Source: a virus
Lineage: Duplodnaviria > Caudoviricetes
Virus record (IMG/VR): IMGVR_UViG_3300028284_000458
Span: 1-61,923 of that record
Length of the DNA stretch: 61,923 bases
Direction: 5' to 3' (one strand)
Position numbers and translations under genes: made by a program. The notes beneath the pieces were generated by a model. That model was not told the DNA's origin and made no database searches. It was given only the letters and a program-made list of their open reading frames with translations. The first letter of the stretch is position 1; each line of letters starts with the position of its first letter. Below are positions 20,049 to 29,600 of this stretch, piece by piece.

Positions 20049-21520
20049 AATTTTACGTTTATTAATTTTGCTTTTGGTGTTATCTCTTCAATTTCAAGTA
20101 ATTCATATTCCAACTGTTCAATACCATCGGATTTATAATCCCACGTTCCTTGTTGCATCTCGTGAATGTACCTTTTCTCATTTCGAGCAGTAGTTTTTCC
20201 CTTTGCCCAAACATCATTTCCATTTGAATCCTTAACCATACCTTCATCCTTATGTGGCAAACAATTCATTTTTCCATCTTTACGATGTGGTATAACGGTA
20301 TGTGGAATTTTAATTTCTTCTTTATTAAACATCCCTCTTGTTATTTTACCATCTATACCATTACCACTCAAATCAATAGCTATTCTTGTTGAATCAATTT
20401 GTTCTTTGTTGTTAAAATCATAGTGTAACACAAGTTTATCGGTTGGTATTTCTTTATGTATGTTTGAAATCTCATCTGAATCTAAACATCGATTCCACAT
20501 CATTACTTTAGCTATATCACCCTTAAACCATTTATTGGGTTCTGTTTTAGAAGTTGAAGTGGTTGTTCCTAAATAATAATCATCTAATCCATATGATTTT
20601 AATCTATCTTGATATTTAAGTGGTGATTGTGTACCATGTCCATGTCTTGCATCTGATTCTTTACCATTTAAATAAAAGTGTATATTTTGTTTAGATGTAT
20701 CAACACTCAAGGTAATCCATGCCCATTGGTTTTCATATCGTTTTATCCATTGATACAAATGATTCTGAGTACTATCCCACAATTGAGCAGTATATGCTCT
20801 AGAGTTATTATAACTCAATCCATAATCATATCCTGGTCTTCTTAATATTGGATATTCACAGAACCTTCTATCATCATCACCTATTAACCAAATTGGAACT
20901 TTTTCTTCTTGTTGATTTGCTCTTACTAATACTGATATAGTGTGGGAACGAGAGGTTAATGATTTTAATTTCTTATGTCTTGGTATTTTTACAAAACTAT
21001 TTTTACCGTTAAATGATAGGTAGTTATCTAATTTACTTGAATAATCAAGATACGTATCATTTGCATATCCTTCTAAAGCACATCTCCAAAACAAATCATC
21101 ATCTTCCATTCCCCAATCCCAATAATCATTTGAATAACCATTGGTTCTTTCAACTTGTTCTTTTGAGAATATAACAGCTCCTCCAAAATACTCTTCATAT
21201 TTTAGATTATAATCCATTTGGGATATTGAAGTTGCAATATGTATTGGAGTTGTATTAGGAAAAGAATAATCTGCTCCACCATCTTCTTCAGGTATCATAT
21301 CAATATCATGCCAAACTATATAATCACACCCATCTTCAAATGCGTGTTTTGCAGCAACGTTTTTCATTGCTCCTCTATTAAATAATTTATCATCACATTG
21401 ATGACCAAAATACATACAATAATCAATACCCATCTTATCAAGATATTCACCAACCTCTGGTACAAATCTTTTTAAATGAGCTTCCCTATTTCTATATGGT
21501 ACACAAACTCCTAGTTTCAT
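20045..21520 (-). CDS. GT7 (beta-1,4-galactosyltransferase-like) with internal LamG domain
   Basis: VPYRNR..HL, FNRG, HDID, YFGG, NGYSNxYWxWGxEDDD; ~250-aa LamG insert; GT7 C-terminus resumes (H...N..R...DG..L.Y...I.V.L). Confidence 0.85.
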   Translation of the reverse strand: MKLGVCVPYRNREAHLKRFVPEVGEYLDKMGIDYCMYFGHQCDDKLFNRGAMKNVAAKHAFEDGCDYIVWHDIDMIPEEDGGADYSFPNTTPIHIATSISQMDYNLKYEEYFGGAVIFSKEQVERTNGYSNDYWDWGMEDDDLFWRCALEGYANDTYLDYSSKLDNYLSFNGKNSFVKIPRHKKLKSLTSRSHTISVLVRANQQEEKVPIWLIGDDDRRFCEYPILRRPGYDYGLSYNNSRAYTAQLWDSTQNHLYQWIKRYENQWAWITLSVDTSKQNIHFYLNGKESDARHGHGTQSPLKYQDRLKSYGLDDYYLGTTTSTSKTEPNKWFKGDIAKVMMWNRCLDSDEISNIHKEIPTDKLVLHYDFNNKEQIDSTRIAIDLSGNGIDGKITRGMFNKEEIKIPHTVIPHRKDGKMNCLPHKDEGMVKDSNGNDVWAKGKTTARNEKRYIHEMQQGTWDYKSDGIEQLEYELLEIEEITPKAKLINVKL

Positions 21521-21930
21521 AATGTATTTGAAATTTCTTCTTTAAATTTTGTCGTACTCCAACCATGAGAACGATCTATCCAATGAATAAGTATGCCCAA
21601 ATCATCTCCTGTATATTTTTTATCTACATAATCATCTCCTAAAAATCTTACATCAGGATTAATTGATTTTAATAAAAAATACAATTCTTTCTCGGTATTA
21701 TAAGTTAAAAAAGTAGGTTGGGTAAAAAAATACTTTAACATACTCTTACGTTCTTCTGTATTGAGTATTGGTTTTAGCTTTTCAGGTCGTTCTATTTGTG
21801 GATTATCGTGTAACAAAACATATTGATTAGTACACTTTTTATTCATCTCTTCAAATAGTTTAATATAACCTGGATGTACTACATCAAAGTTTCCACATAT
21901 TACTCCTATTTCTAATTTACTTACTTCCAT
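21517..21930 (-). CDS. Cytidylyltransferase (TagD/RfaE-II-like)
   Basis: GNFDVVHPGY, KPI...ER, GDDY, RSHGWSTT. Confidence 0.85.
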   Translation of the reverse strand: MEVSKLEIGVICGNFDVVHPGYIKLFEEMNKKCTNQYVLLHDNPQIERPEKLKPILNTEERKSMLKYFFTQPTFLTYNTEKELYFLLKSINPDVRFLGDDYVDKKYTGDDLGILIHWIDRSHGWSTTKFKEEISNTL

Positions 21931-23360
21931 AGTTCTACTGATAAAAAATAATAATTTTCCATTTTTGTATCTGATAATAATTTAAATCTAACATTATCAA
22001 TACCATCTCTTTTATAATCGGATTTTCCTTTTAATACTTTATTATAAAAGTGTAATTGGTTTTTTCGTGTATCTGTCCAAGTCCATTTATTTTCATAGAA
22101 ACCATTTTCTTTATGATACAACAATTCAAATGTAGAATCTCTTCTCCAAGGAATTGGTATTGACATAAAATCACTAGCTTGTTGAATTGGTACTTTATCA
22201 CAATCTATAACTTCAGCATTTCTACCCTTTCGGTTTCCACTTAAATCAGGAATATTAGAATAAGTTGCAGTTTTCATATCATAACATACTTCAAGAGTAT
22301 GTGGTGCAATATAATTACCATAAGCCTCAGTAAGTCCCATTGATTTGTTTGTAGATATTTCCTTAACTTGAGCTTCTTCTAGTGAATGATTAAATATTGC
22401 AAAATAATCAATAGTTCCACCAAACGGTCTTCTATTATTAAATTCCAATGAAGGAGAATCACCCAAGTACATCTTCTTTTCAGAAGCATAGTTTATTAAA
22501 TTACCAGGAAATTCAATTAAATCTACTAACTCTCCATCTTGATAAAATTTAATAATATTATCATCTTGATTTACAGTAACACATAGTGTAGTTTGCTTAG
22601 GAGGAGATATATTTGATTTTAAACTTATACAATCTTTATCGGTATTGAATACTTCAAATTTATATCTTTTATATGAATTATACGAAAAACTTAAATCATA
22701 TCCAGGAATACAGAAAATATTATACTCATCTGATGCATATCCTTCATTACATTCGATTTCATTTGGCTCAAACGAACAAAATATAGTATAGTTTTTTAAC
22801 CTAAAAGGTTTAGGTATAGTAACCTTACTAGTATATCCATTTAGTTTTAATGCGGCTGAAGAGTGTGAATTTAATGGTAGTTCTTTTTTGTTAAAATCAG
22901 TAAAGTTTTCCTTACATCTCCAAAGTAAATCATCATCCTCATAACCCCATCCCCAATATTTGTTAGAATAACCATTTATATGGTAATAATCATTTATTGG
23001 AAACATAGTAACACCACCAAAATATTCATCAAAAACAATACGTTTCTGTTTTTTGTAGTGATTTGATATAAAATTAGTAGCTAAATGAGTAGGTCTATCA
23101 ACTATAGAATAATCGACAGCCGTACTTGGTATCATATCAACATCATGTAGTACTATGTAGTTACACCCAAGTTCCTTAGCTTTATTCACACCTATGTTTA
23201 ATAGAGAACCTCGATTGAACGGAAGTTCATCGGATTGTTCTACTATAATCAATTCATAATCTATCTTAGATTTATTGAAATGATTTTTTATAGATGTTGT
23301 AAAGTGATTTAGGTGCGTTCTACGATTCCTATATGGTACAATGATACCAAGTTTATTCAT
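21921..23360 (-). CDS. GT7 (beta-1,4-galactosyltransferase-like) with internal LamG domain, paralog
   Basis: VPYRNR..HL, EQ...FNRG, HDVD, YFGGV, NGYSNKYWGWGYEDDD; LamG insert; DGI..V.F C-terminus. Confidence 0.85.
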   Translation of the reverse strand: MNKLGIIVPYRNRRTHLNHFTTSIKNHFNKSKIDYELIIVEQSDELPFNRGSLLNIGVNKAKELGCNYIVLHDVDMIPSTAVDYSIVDRPTHLATNFISNHYKKQKRIVFDEYFGGVTMFPINDYYHINGYSNKYWGWGYEDDDLLWRCKENFTDFNKKELPLNSHSSAALKLNGYTSKVTIPKPFRLKNYTIFCSFEPNEIECNEGYASDEYNIFCIPGYDLSFSYNSYKRYKFEVFNTDKDCISLKSNISPPKQTTLCVTVNQDDNIIKFYQDGELVDLIEFPGNLINYASEKKMYLGDSPSLEFNNRRPFGGTIDYFAIFNHSLEEAQVKEISTNKSMGLTEAYGNYIAPHTLEVCYDMKTATYSNIPDLSGNRKGRNAEVIDCDKVPIQQASDFMSIPIPWRRDSTFELLYHKENGFYENKWTWTDTRKNQLHFYNKVLKGKSDYKRDGIDNVRFKLLSDTKMENYYFLSVELWK

Positions 23361-23370
23361 CGATACTTAT

Positions 23371-23556
23371 TTATTTTTTTAGAGGTTTGATTGTATTCTC
23401 ATACCACTCAGACATGTACCACTCTAATCTGGGACCCCATGCTTCTTTATCAATCTCCTCTACCCACAATGTAAGTGCATCTAAGGAATTACCGATTTTT
23501 TCAAGTGCTTTTACTTTTCTTTCTTCTAGAATTTGTGAAGTTTCATCTTTTGCCAT
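23371..23556 (-). CDS. Small hypothetical protein (61 aa)
   Basis: ORF with its own upstream ATATTTATA motif. Confidence 0.7.
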   Translation of the reverse strand: MAKDETSQILEERKVKALEKIGNSLDALTLWVEEIDKEAWGPRLEWYMSEWYENTIKPLKK

Positions 23557-23596
23557 AACGTAAATTTATTAATTGTTTTTGTTTTTGTTTGTTGTA

Positions 23597-23605
23597 TATA
23601 AATAT
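23597..23605 (-). promoter_or_regulatory. ATATTTATA candidate late promoter
   Basis: Intergenic motif 40 nt upstream of ATG 23556. Confidence 0.55.
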
Positions 23606-23614
23606 ATAAAATTA

Positions 23615-24463
23615 TTAAATACTAATAATTTTTCTTGTTAATCTATTCCATTTTGAATAATCAAAATGAAACTTATTTTCTGTTTTTTCTATCATAAATT
23701 CTGGATTGTTGATATCTATTTTCCAATCATTAATTTCGATTGCTTTATACATCTTTTTATATTCTTTCCAGAATGAATAATCTTCAAGTGTTTCAGATAC
23801 TTCTTTTAAACGTTCTAAAACAGTTGAATCCCATTTAAAATGATGAACTTGTACAAATCCCTCACCTCTTCCAATTGGGTATCTGAGAGGGTGTTTAAAT
23901 CCTTCCATACCCCATACATGAGATTCGTTTATTATTGCATAGTGTTGACCAGGCGTTACATCCACCGAACCTTTCATTATACAAACTTTATTTGGACAAG
24001 CTCCACTCATTGGATATCTAAAATACCCCACAAGTGGAAACTTACTCCATATATCAGTTTCGTTTGTTACCAAAGGAAACTCTCCGTTCTCTCCTATCCT
24101 ATCGAGAAAACCTCCTGTTATGAATTTCCATCCATTCTCCTCACATTCAGAAATCATCTCTCTGATTGGTTTTGGGTAAACATGGAATTCATCATCATCC
24201 GAAACCACCCACCATTCCTGAGGCTTTGTTCGTTTAACTTCGTTATATAATTGGGTTACTCTTTCCCAATTAAATTTTTCTTCTGTTACTATTTTATGTG
24301 GGGTTATTCCAAGAGATTTTATTTCATCTAAAATCCCATCGTTTTCATGTTGTCTATAAACAACAACATAAATTTCATCAACAATGTTTTTATAGTGTTC
24401 CATCATATGTGGAAGCATTGTAATGTTATGACCAACAACTGTAACTAAATTTATTTTTTGCAT
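23615..24463 (-). CDS. GT2-like glycosyltransferase
   Basis: LPHMMEHY, WWVVSDDDEF (DxD), GQH, HHFKW. Confidence 0.7.
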   Translation of the reverse strand: MQKINLVTVVGHNITMLPHMMEHYKNIVDEIYVVVYRQHENDGILDEIKSLGITPHKIVTEEKFNWERVTQLYNEVKRTKPQEWWVVSDDDEFHVYPKPIREMISECEENGWKFITGGFLDRIGENGEFPLVTNETDIWSKFPLVGYFRYPMSGACPNKVCIMKGSVDVTPGQHYAIINESHVWGMEGFKHPLRYPIGRGEGFVQVHHFKWDSTVLERLKEVSETLEDYSFWKEYKKMYKAIEINDWKIDINNPEFMIEKTENKFHFDYSKWNRLTRKIISI

Positions 24464-25230
24464 CTTTGTAGAAATGTTAATCCAGTTGAAGATGGTCTAC
24501 TTTTAAGTATACCATTGTTAAAAAAATTGAAAATTTCCCACTCTTTATTTTCCTTTAATTCTGCTATAAGCTTAGAAGGTCCAGCTGCGTACTCATGGTG
24601 AAACTCATCAAGAATATCATCTGAAATGATATGTTCCTTCTCATATGATGAATCGGTATCGTGAATTGTTATGATACCATGTGGTGAGAGTATTTTTGAA
24701 TATAACTCAAAATCATTTTTAACATCCTCATAGGTATGACCTGCATCTATGTGTAGATAATCTATCTTAATACCCTCCTTTACAAAAAAGTTATAGTAAG
24801 CATTTTCTGTTGTATCTAGTATGAATCTACACGGAAACGTTTTTCTAAAATATGAATCTTTATTGTTCCAATCCGTATATCCACCAACTCCATTTGAAGC
24901 ATCAACTAATATGGTTGTACCACTATCACCCCATTCCATTGCTTTATCACCATCAAATATTTCTTGCTCATGTAAATCAATTCTTGCTTGGGACATTATT
25001 CTTGGAATAAATCCACCACCACTTCCTAAACATACACAAGTTTTTGCTCTCATGTATTGTATTGTACTATAGATTAACATACCATCTCCCAAATGTTTAT
25101 CGGTAGCCCCATGAGTCCATCGATACTTAACAGGTGTTAATTCATCATATGCAATACCATTGACATCGATACATTCTTTCCTATTATTAGTAAAGTAATC
25201 TTTTATAAGATTGAAATTTATAATACTCAT
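24451..25230 (-). CDS. Class I SAM-dependent methyltransferase (Methyltransf_24-like)
   Basis: CLGSGGG, IDYLHIDAGHTYEDVxxDF, GIITIHD. Confidence 0.85.
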   Translation of the reverse strand: MSIINFNLIKDYFTNNRKECIDVNGIAYDELTPVKYRWTHGATDKHLGDGMLIYSTIQYMRAKTCVCLGSGGGFIPRIMSQARIDLHEQEIFDGDKAMEWGDSGTTILVDASNGVGGYTDWNNKDSYFRKTFPCRFILDTTENAYYNFFVKEGIKIDYLHIDAGHTYEDVKNDFELYSKILSPHGIITIHDTDSSYEKEHIISDDILDEFHHEYAAGPSKLIAELKENKEWEIFNFFNNGILKSRPSSTGLTFLQRCKK

Positions 25231-25405
25231 TTGTGATTATTGAAAGTAAAATTTTTGATAAAAGGGGGAAACCTCTAGTGATCTACTATATTAGTGTCTT
25301 AGTTATTAGTATTTCTTTTTTCTTTATATTCTCAGTTATTACCTACTCTTAGCGCTGTCCCCCAAACCCCCATGTTTATAAGTATTAAGTTTTTCACCAA
25401 ACGTA

Positions 25406-25424
25406 TATAAATATATATAAATAT
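25406..25424 (-). promoter_or_regulatory. Tandem pair of ATATTTATA motifs (candidate promoter of the glycan island)
   Basis: tataaatat at 25406-25414 and 25416-25424 on the + strand. Confidence 0.55.
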
Positions 25425-25433
25425 ATTAAATAA

Positions 25434-26627
25434 TTATGAAATATGTGAATTTATATTTTCTACCCACGATTTTCTATTATCAAAAGACATCATATAAGTT
25501 TTTAATTTTGCAAACTCTGCAAATCTATCATTATGTGTATCTCTACGTATTTGCTTAATACATTTATCAAATTCATTCTTTGTAGATGCTCTGTATTTGT
25601 AATCAACTCCCTTTGCCCAATTAGTATGTATTATTGGCAACTTACCATAATCAACAGCTTGAAAGATTGAGTATCCGAATGGTTCTTTAAAATATGCTCC
25701 ATGGAATATTCCAAAATCTTTTCTCATAAAAGAATCAAGAATCTCTGGCATCCATTGATAAAATTTAATATTAGGAAACGTGTAATTGGTACTATCTTTT
25801 AAATTTTGAAAATCATACTTGCTTGATAAAATAAATCCAGAACTACCATGCATCCAATGCATACACTTTCTTGTTTCTGCTCTTGATGCAAACCCCACAT
25901 TTTCAAAATTAAGACTATCGGTAAACGGAATATTATGTTTAAATTCATAATAATTAGGAATAGAATATGTGTAATTTGGAAAATCATCAACAAGTTGTGT
26001 TGGATTGTTTCCTATCCAAATTCTTTTATCAAATGATTGTACAAATTCTTTATAGAAAGCAGAATCAACTTTCGTATTAAATTGTAATCTTTTTAATTCT
26101 GGCATATGTGTTAGAACTTCTTCCATTTCACTTGGATATGCATGAACAAATATTAATTTAAATTTATTTTCATATTTCCAAATGTGTTCTCTTTTGTGAT
26201 AATGAGAATGTAAATAGTATATCTCCGAACATTCTTCTAACAAATCAGTTGTTATTTCATTATCATCTCCATGAAAGTGCCAATCTAAATCACTTGGTAG
26301 TGAATCCGGATTAAAGTCAACAGGTTTTTTAGAATCAATTAATAACTTCCAATTTTTTCTAAATTTAATTCCCTTCCAAATATTTTCTATAAAATTATTT
26401 GTCCAAATATCAGCACCACCTTCAATTGTATTACCACAACCGGTAGTAATCATTAATTTTTTACCCATTTTTTTACCATCGGTGGGATTTCTAAACTTTT
26501 CATCAAAAGATAATTGATTGTTTATTTTAGAAACTAATACATCGGTATCAATATATTCATCTGAATTTATTAGGTAATTTACTAACGAAGATGTTAGTTC
26601 TTTTTTTTCTTTTTTGTATAACTTCAT
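25434..26627 (-). CDS. GT-B (GT4-like) glycosyltransferase
   Basis: GGADIW near the N-terminus; EPFGYSIFQAVDYGKLPI (ExFG-type motif). Confidence 0.7.
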   Translation of the reverse strand: MKLYKKEKKELTSSLVNYLINSDEYIDTDVLVSKINNQLSFDEKFRNPTDGKKMGKKLMITTGCGNTIEGGADIWTNNFIENIWKGIKFRKNWKLLIDSKKPVDFNPDSLPSDLDWHFHGDDNEITTDLLEECSEIYYLHSHYHKREHIWKYENKFKLIFVHAYPSEMEEVLTHMPELKRLQFNTKVDSAFYKEFVQSFDKRIWIGNNPTQLVDDFPNYTYSIPNYYEFKHNIPFTDSLNFENVGFASRAETRKCMHWMHGSSGFILSSKYDFQNLKDSTNYTFPNIKFYQWMPEILDSFMRKDFGIFHGAYFKEPFGYSIFQAVDYGKLPIIHTNWAKGVDYKYRASTKNEFDKCIKQIRRDTHNDRFAEFAKLKTYMMSFDNRKSWVENINSHIS

Positions 26628-26638
26628 TAATTTTATTT

Positions 26639-29600
26639 TTAACCACAGTAGAGGTAACCATATACATCTTCCATTCTACCATTTGAATCCCATGAAGATG
26701 ATTCCATGGCTTTTGCTACTGTATACGAACATTGTGTTTGTCTTTCTTCGTAAATTGGAGTTGTATCACCATTAAAGCCAGTTACAACCCACTCTGATGG
26801 TTGTTTCATTAAATAACCTGGTGTATCCGAAGAACAAAGTAAATCACCAGGTACAACATCACCACCTTGATTACACATTTTGAATCCTGTCACAGTATAA
26901 TAAGAGCCAGATTGATTATAGTCTCTACTATCCCCAACAGAAGCTACCTTCCAAATTTCTTTAGAACCAGTCTCACTCGTAGGAATAAAATTACAAAAAG
27001 AATCCATAAACGAACCAGATGTAAAATAATCAGGTGGATTATTATTTTTAGAACCAGTTGATTCTCCAATAATCGATAACCCAGACGAATTATATTCTAA
27101 CTCAAGTTTCTCCCATAAAATCCCAACAACAGAAGTATCTTTTGCCGTTGAAACTTTTTGAAGTTCGTTATTTGAATCTAACTTTACTAAATCACCTGAT
27201 GAGATTGATACTGTTTTATCTTTTTTATATCGGTGTCCTAATGTTACAAGTTCTGCTAATTTTGCATTCACATTATGTGAAAGTATTCCATCTGAAATAT
27301 AATTATGAACTATATCTAATTCATAATTCCAAACTTGAACTTCTTCATCAAAAGTTTCTATACTTTTTATTTTATCAATAATCAATTTTTTATCTTCATA
27401 AACATACAACTCACCACCAACTCCAAGTTCATCTATTGCAATCGCAGAGTTTGGATAATCAGGATGATATAGTAAATGTGAGTTAGAACATTTTAATTTT
27501 TTACCTAATTCTGTTTCGATTTTACTCCATCCTTGTACTTTATTGGTAATAATTTCATCAATTGATGACCATCCCCATTCTTTAGTTTCAAAGTTAAATA
27601 TTTTGATTACATCATCTTCTTTTGTATCTTCTACATTTATCTCACCTCGTTTAGAAATAATTTTAGTACCAGGCAATACACAACTATATCCAGTTAAATT
27701 ACTTGAAATACTCGATAATTCAGTATCAATATCCGCTTGCAAGCCTGAGAATGATGAACTACCAAATCTAGTACTAGAATTAAATTTAAAACCACTATTA
27801 TCAATTGAAAAGATACTACTAAATGCAGCTGTTCTAGTACCATCAAGTACTTTCGCTTCTTTTCTAATTCTCAGGTCTGTACCAGATGGGTCAAATACAC
27901 TACTAAAAGGTGCACCACCAACTTTAGCAGTAGTACCAAATGATGCAACACCTGAAGAACTTATATTAAAATCTGGTGCTGATATGAATCCACCTGAATT
28001 TATAATCATACCACTAGTCGTATTAGTTCCATCACCCCCACCACTTACAGTTCCACCTTGTAATTGAGTTGAGGTAAGTGCCCATCCACCAATAGTTCCT
28101 GATGTTGCCGTTATTGCTCCAGATACATTTACACCGGTTGCCGTTAAAACTCCTGCAGAATCTACTGAGAATGCTGGTGAAGAAGAACCTCCAAACCTCA
28201 TATTTCCACCAGCAATATTAATCTGACCACCTGCAGTTGTAGTCCAATTCGCGGATTCTATTGTTCCTGTGGTGATTTTAGAACCATCAATGGTTGTTAC
28301 ATTTGCCATATCACTAGTAGCAAAACCTCCAGCATTAATTAAATTTTGAGCCGCAGTTGCTGCAGCTGTTGCAGTAGTTGGAGTTACACTAGTCGTACCA
28401 TCTGTTAATCCGGCTCCTGAGAATGTTACCAATCCACTAAATCCTATTGCTTGTGTTACAGTACCAAATGTTACAGTACTTGCGTATCCAGGTCTATCAC
28501 TATCCTCTGTTGCGGTGTAGTTTGAATACCAATATTTGTTAGAGTTACCAGATGCATAAGTTGGTGTTGCCGTACTCCAATTTGTTGTAAGTGATGTGAA
28601 TGTATCTGGAAATGTTAATCTAGTTGCAGTAGGTAAAGCAGGTGCGGTTGCAGCTACATTTGCAAAGTTTACTCTACCTGTTACTGTTCTCAATCCATCA
28701 GCACCACCAGGACCTGTACCTCCATCAACTGCAAAGTTAGCAAATTGTGTTGCTCCTGAGAATGAACCAAATGATCCATTTACTGAAGTTCTTTGACTAA
28801 CCCACACATATTTGTTAGAAGCCGTTGGTGTACCAGGAGTAGTTGTCCAACTATCTGTACCGGCTGCAGTTGGTGTAGTTGGAGGCGTTGATGTATTATT
28901 TAATAAGTATATAAATTGAACACCACCTCCTTCTGCACCACTAAACGATTTAGTTATTGTTTGTGTTTTAGTGAATGGACCAAATGCAGTTCCGTTTAAA
29001 GTTTTACCACTAATAGCGTATGATATGGTTACCGAATTAGCTGAATCTGACATTGCTGAGTGGTCTGCAACAAGTGCATTATTTGATGAATCTGTTATAC
29101 CCCCAACCGTAATTCCTGTTGTAGTGGCTGCAACTGTCCAATGACCTGCAGTTGTACCAGCATTATCATAATCTAATTGAGTTGCTCCCTCATAGACACT
29201 TATTGTAGTTCCACTACCACCATGTGAAGAAACCACACCGGCATTACTTGCTGGTACTACGTGAGCCTCATTTGATAATATACCTTGTACATTTCCACTT
29301 CCTACATCTAATTGTTTTAAAGTAAATGTATCCGAAACACTACCATCAGCAGCTGCTGCGGTATAAGTTACAACCATTCCATCTACAAAGTTTGCACTTG
29401 TAACAGTTGTAGAACCACCACTTGTAGATACTGAGGTTGATGTTAATGTTCCAGCTGATGTGGTGAAAGCTCCATTTGCAGTTAAGTTTTGTCCATTTGC
29501 AGTTAATACAATTGAGGTAGGGGTTATATCACCATTTTGTGCTTTTGTAAATATATTAGATGTTCCACCAAGTACTACTGTTTTAGCATTATCCCCAGCA

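Noticed and set aside
345-26627. Bacterial chromosomal LPS/capsule locus
   Set aside because: No flippase, polymerase or export genes recognised; contiguous and co-oriented with phage fibre, primase and baseplate genes; shares their upstream motif
27272-27682. Canonical mobile splicing intein
   Set aside because: No homing endonuclease, and the +1 residue is Val rather than Cys/Ser/Thr; treated as a BIL-type Hint
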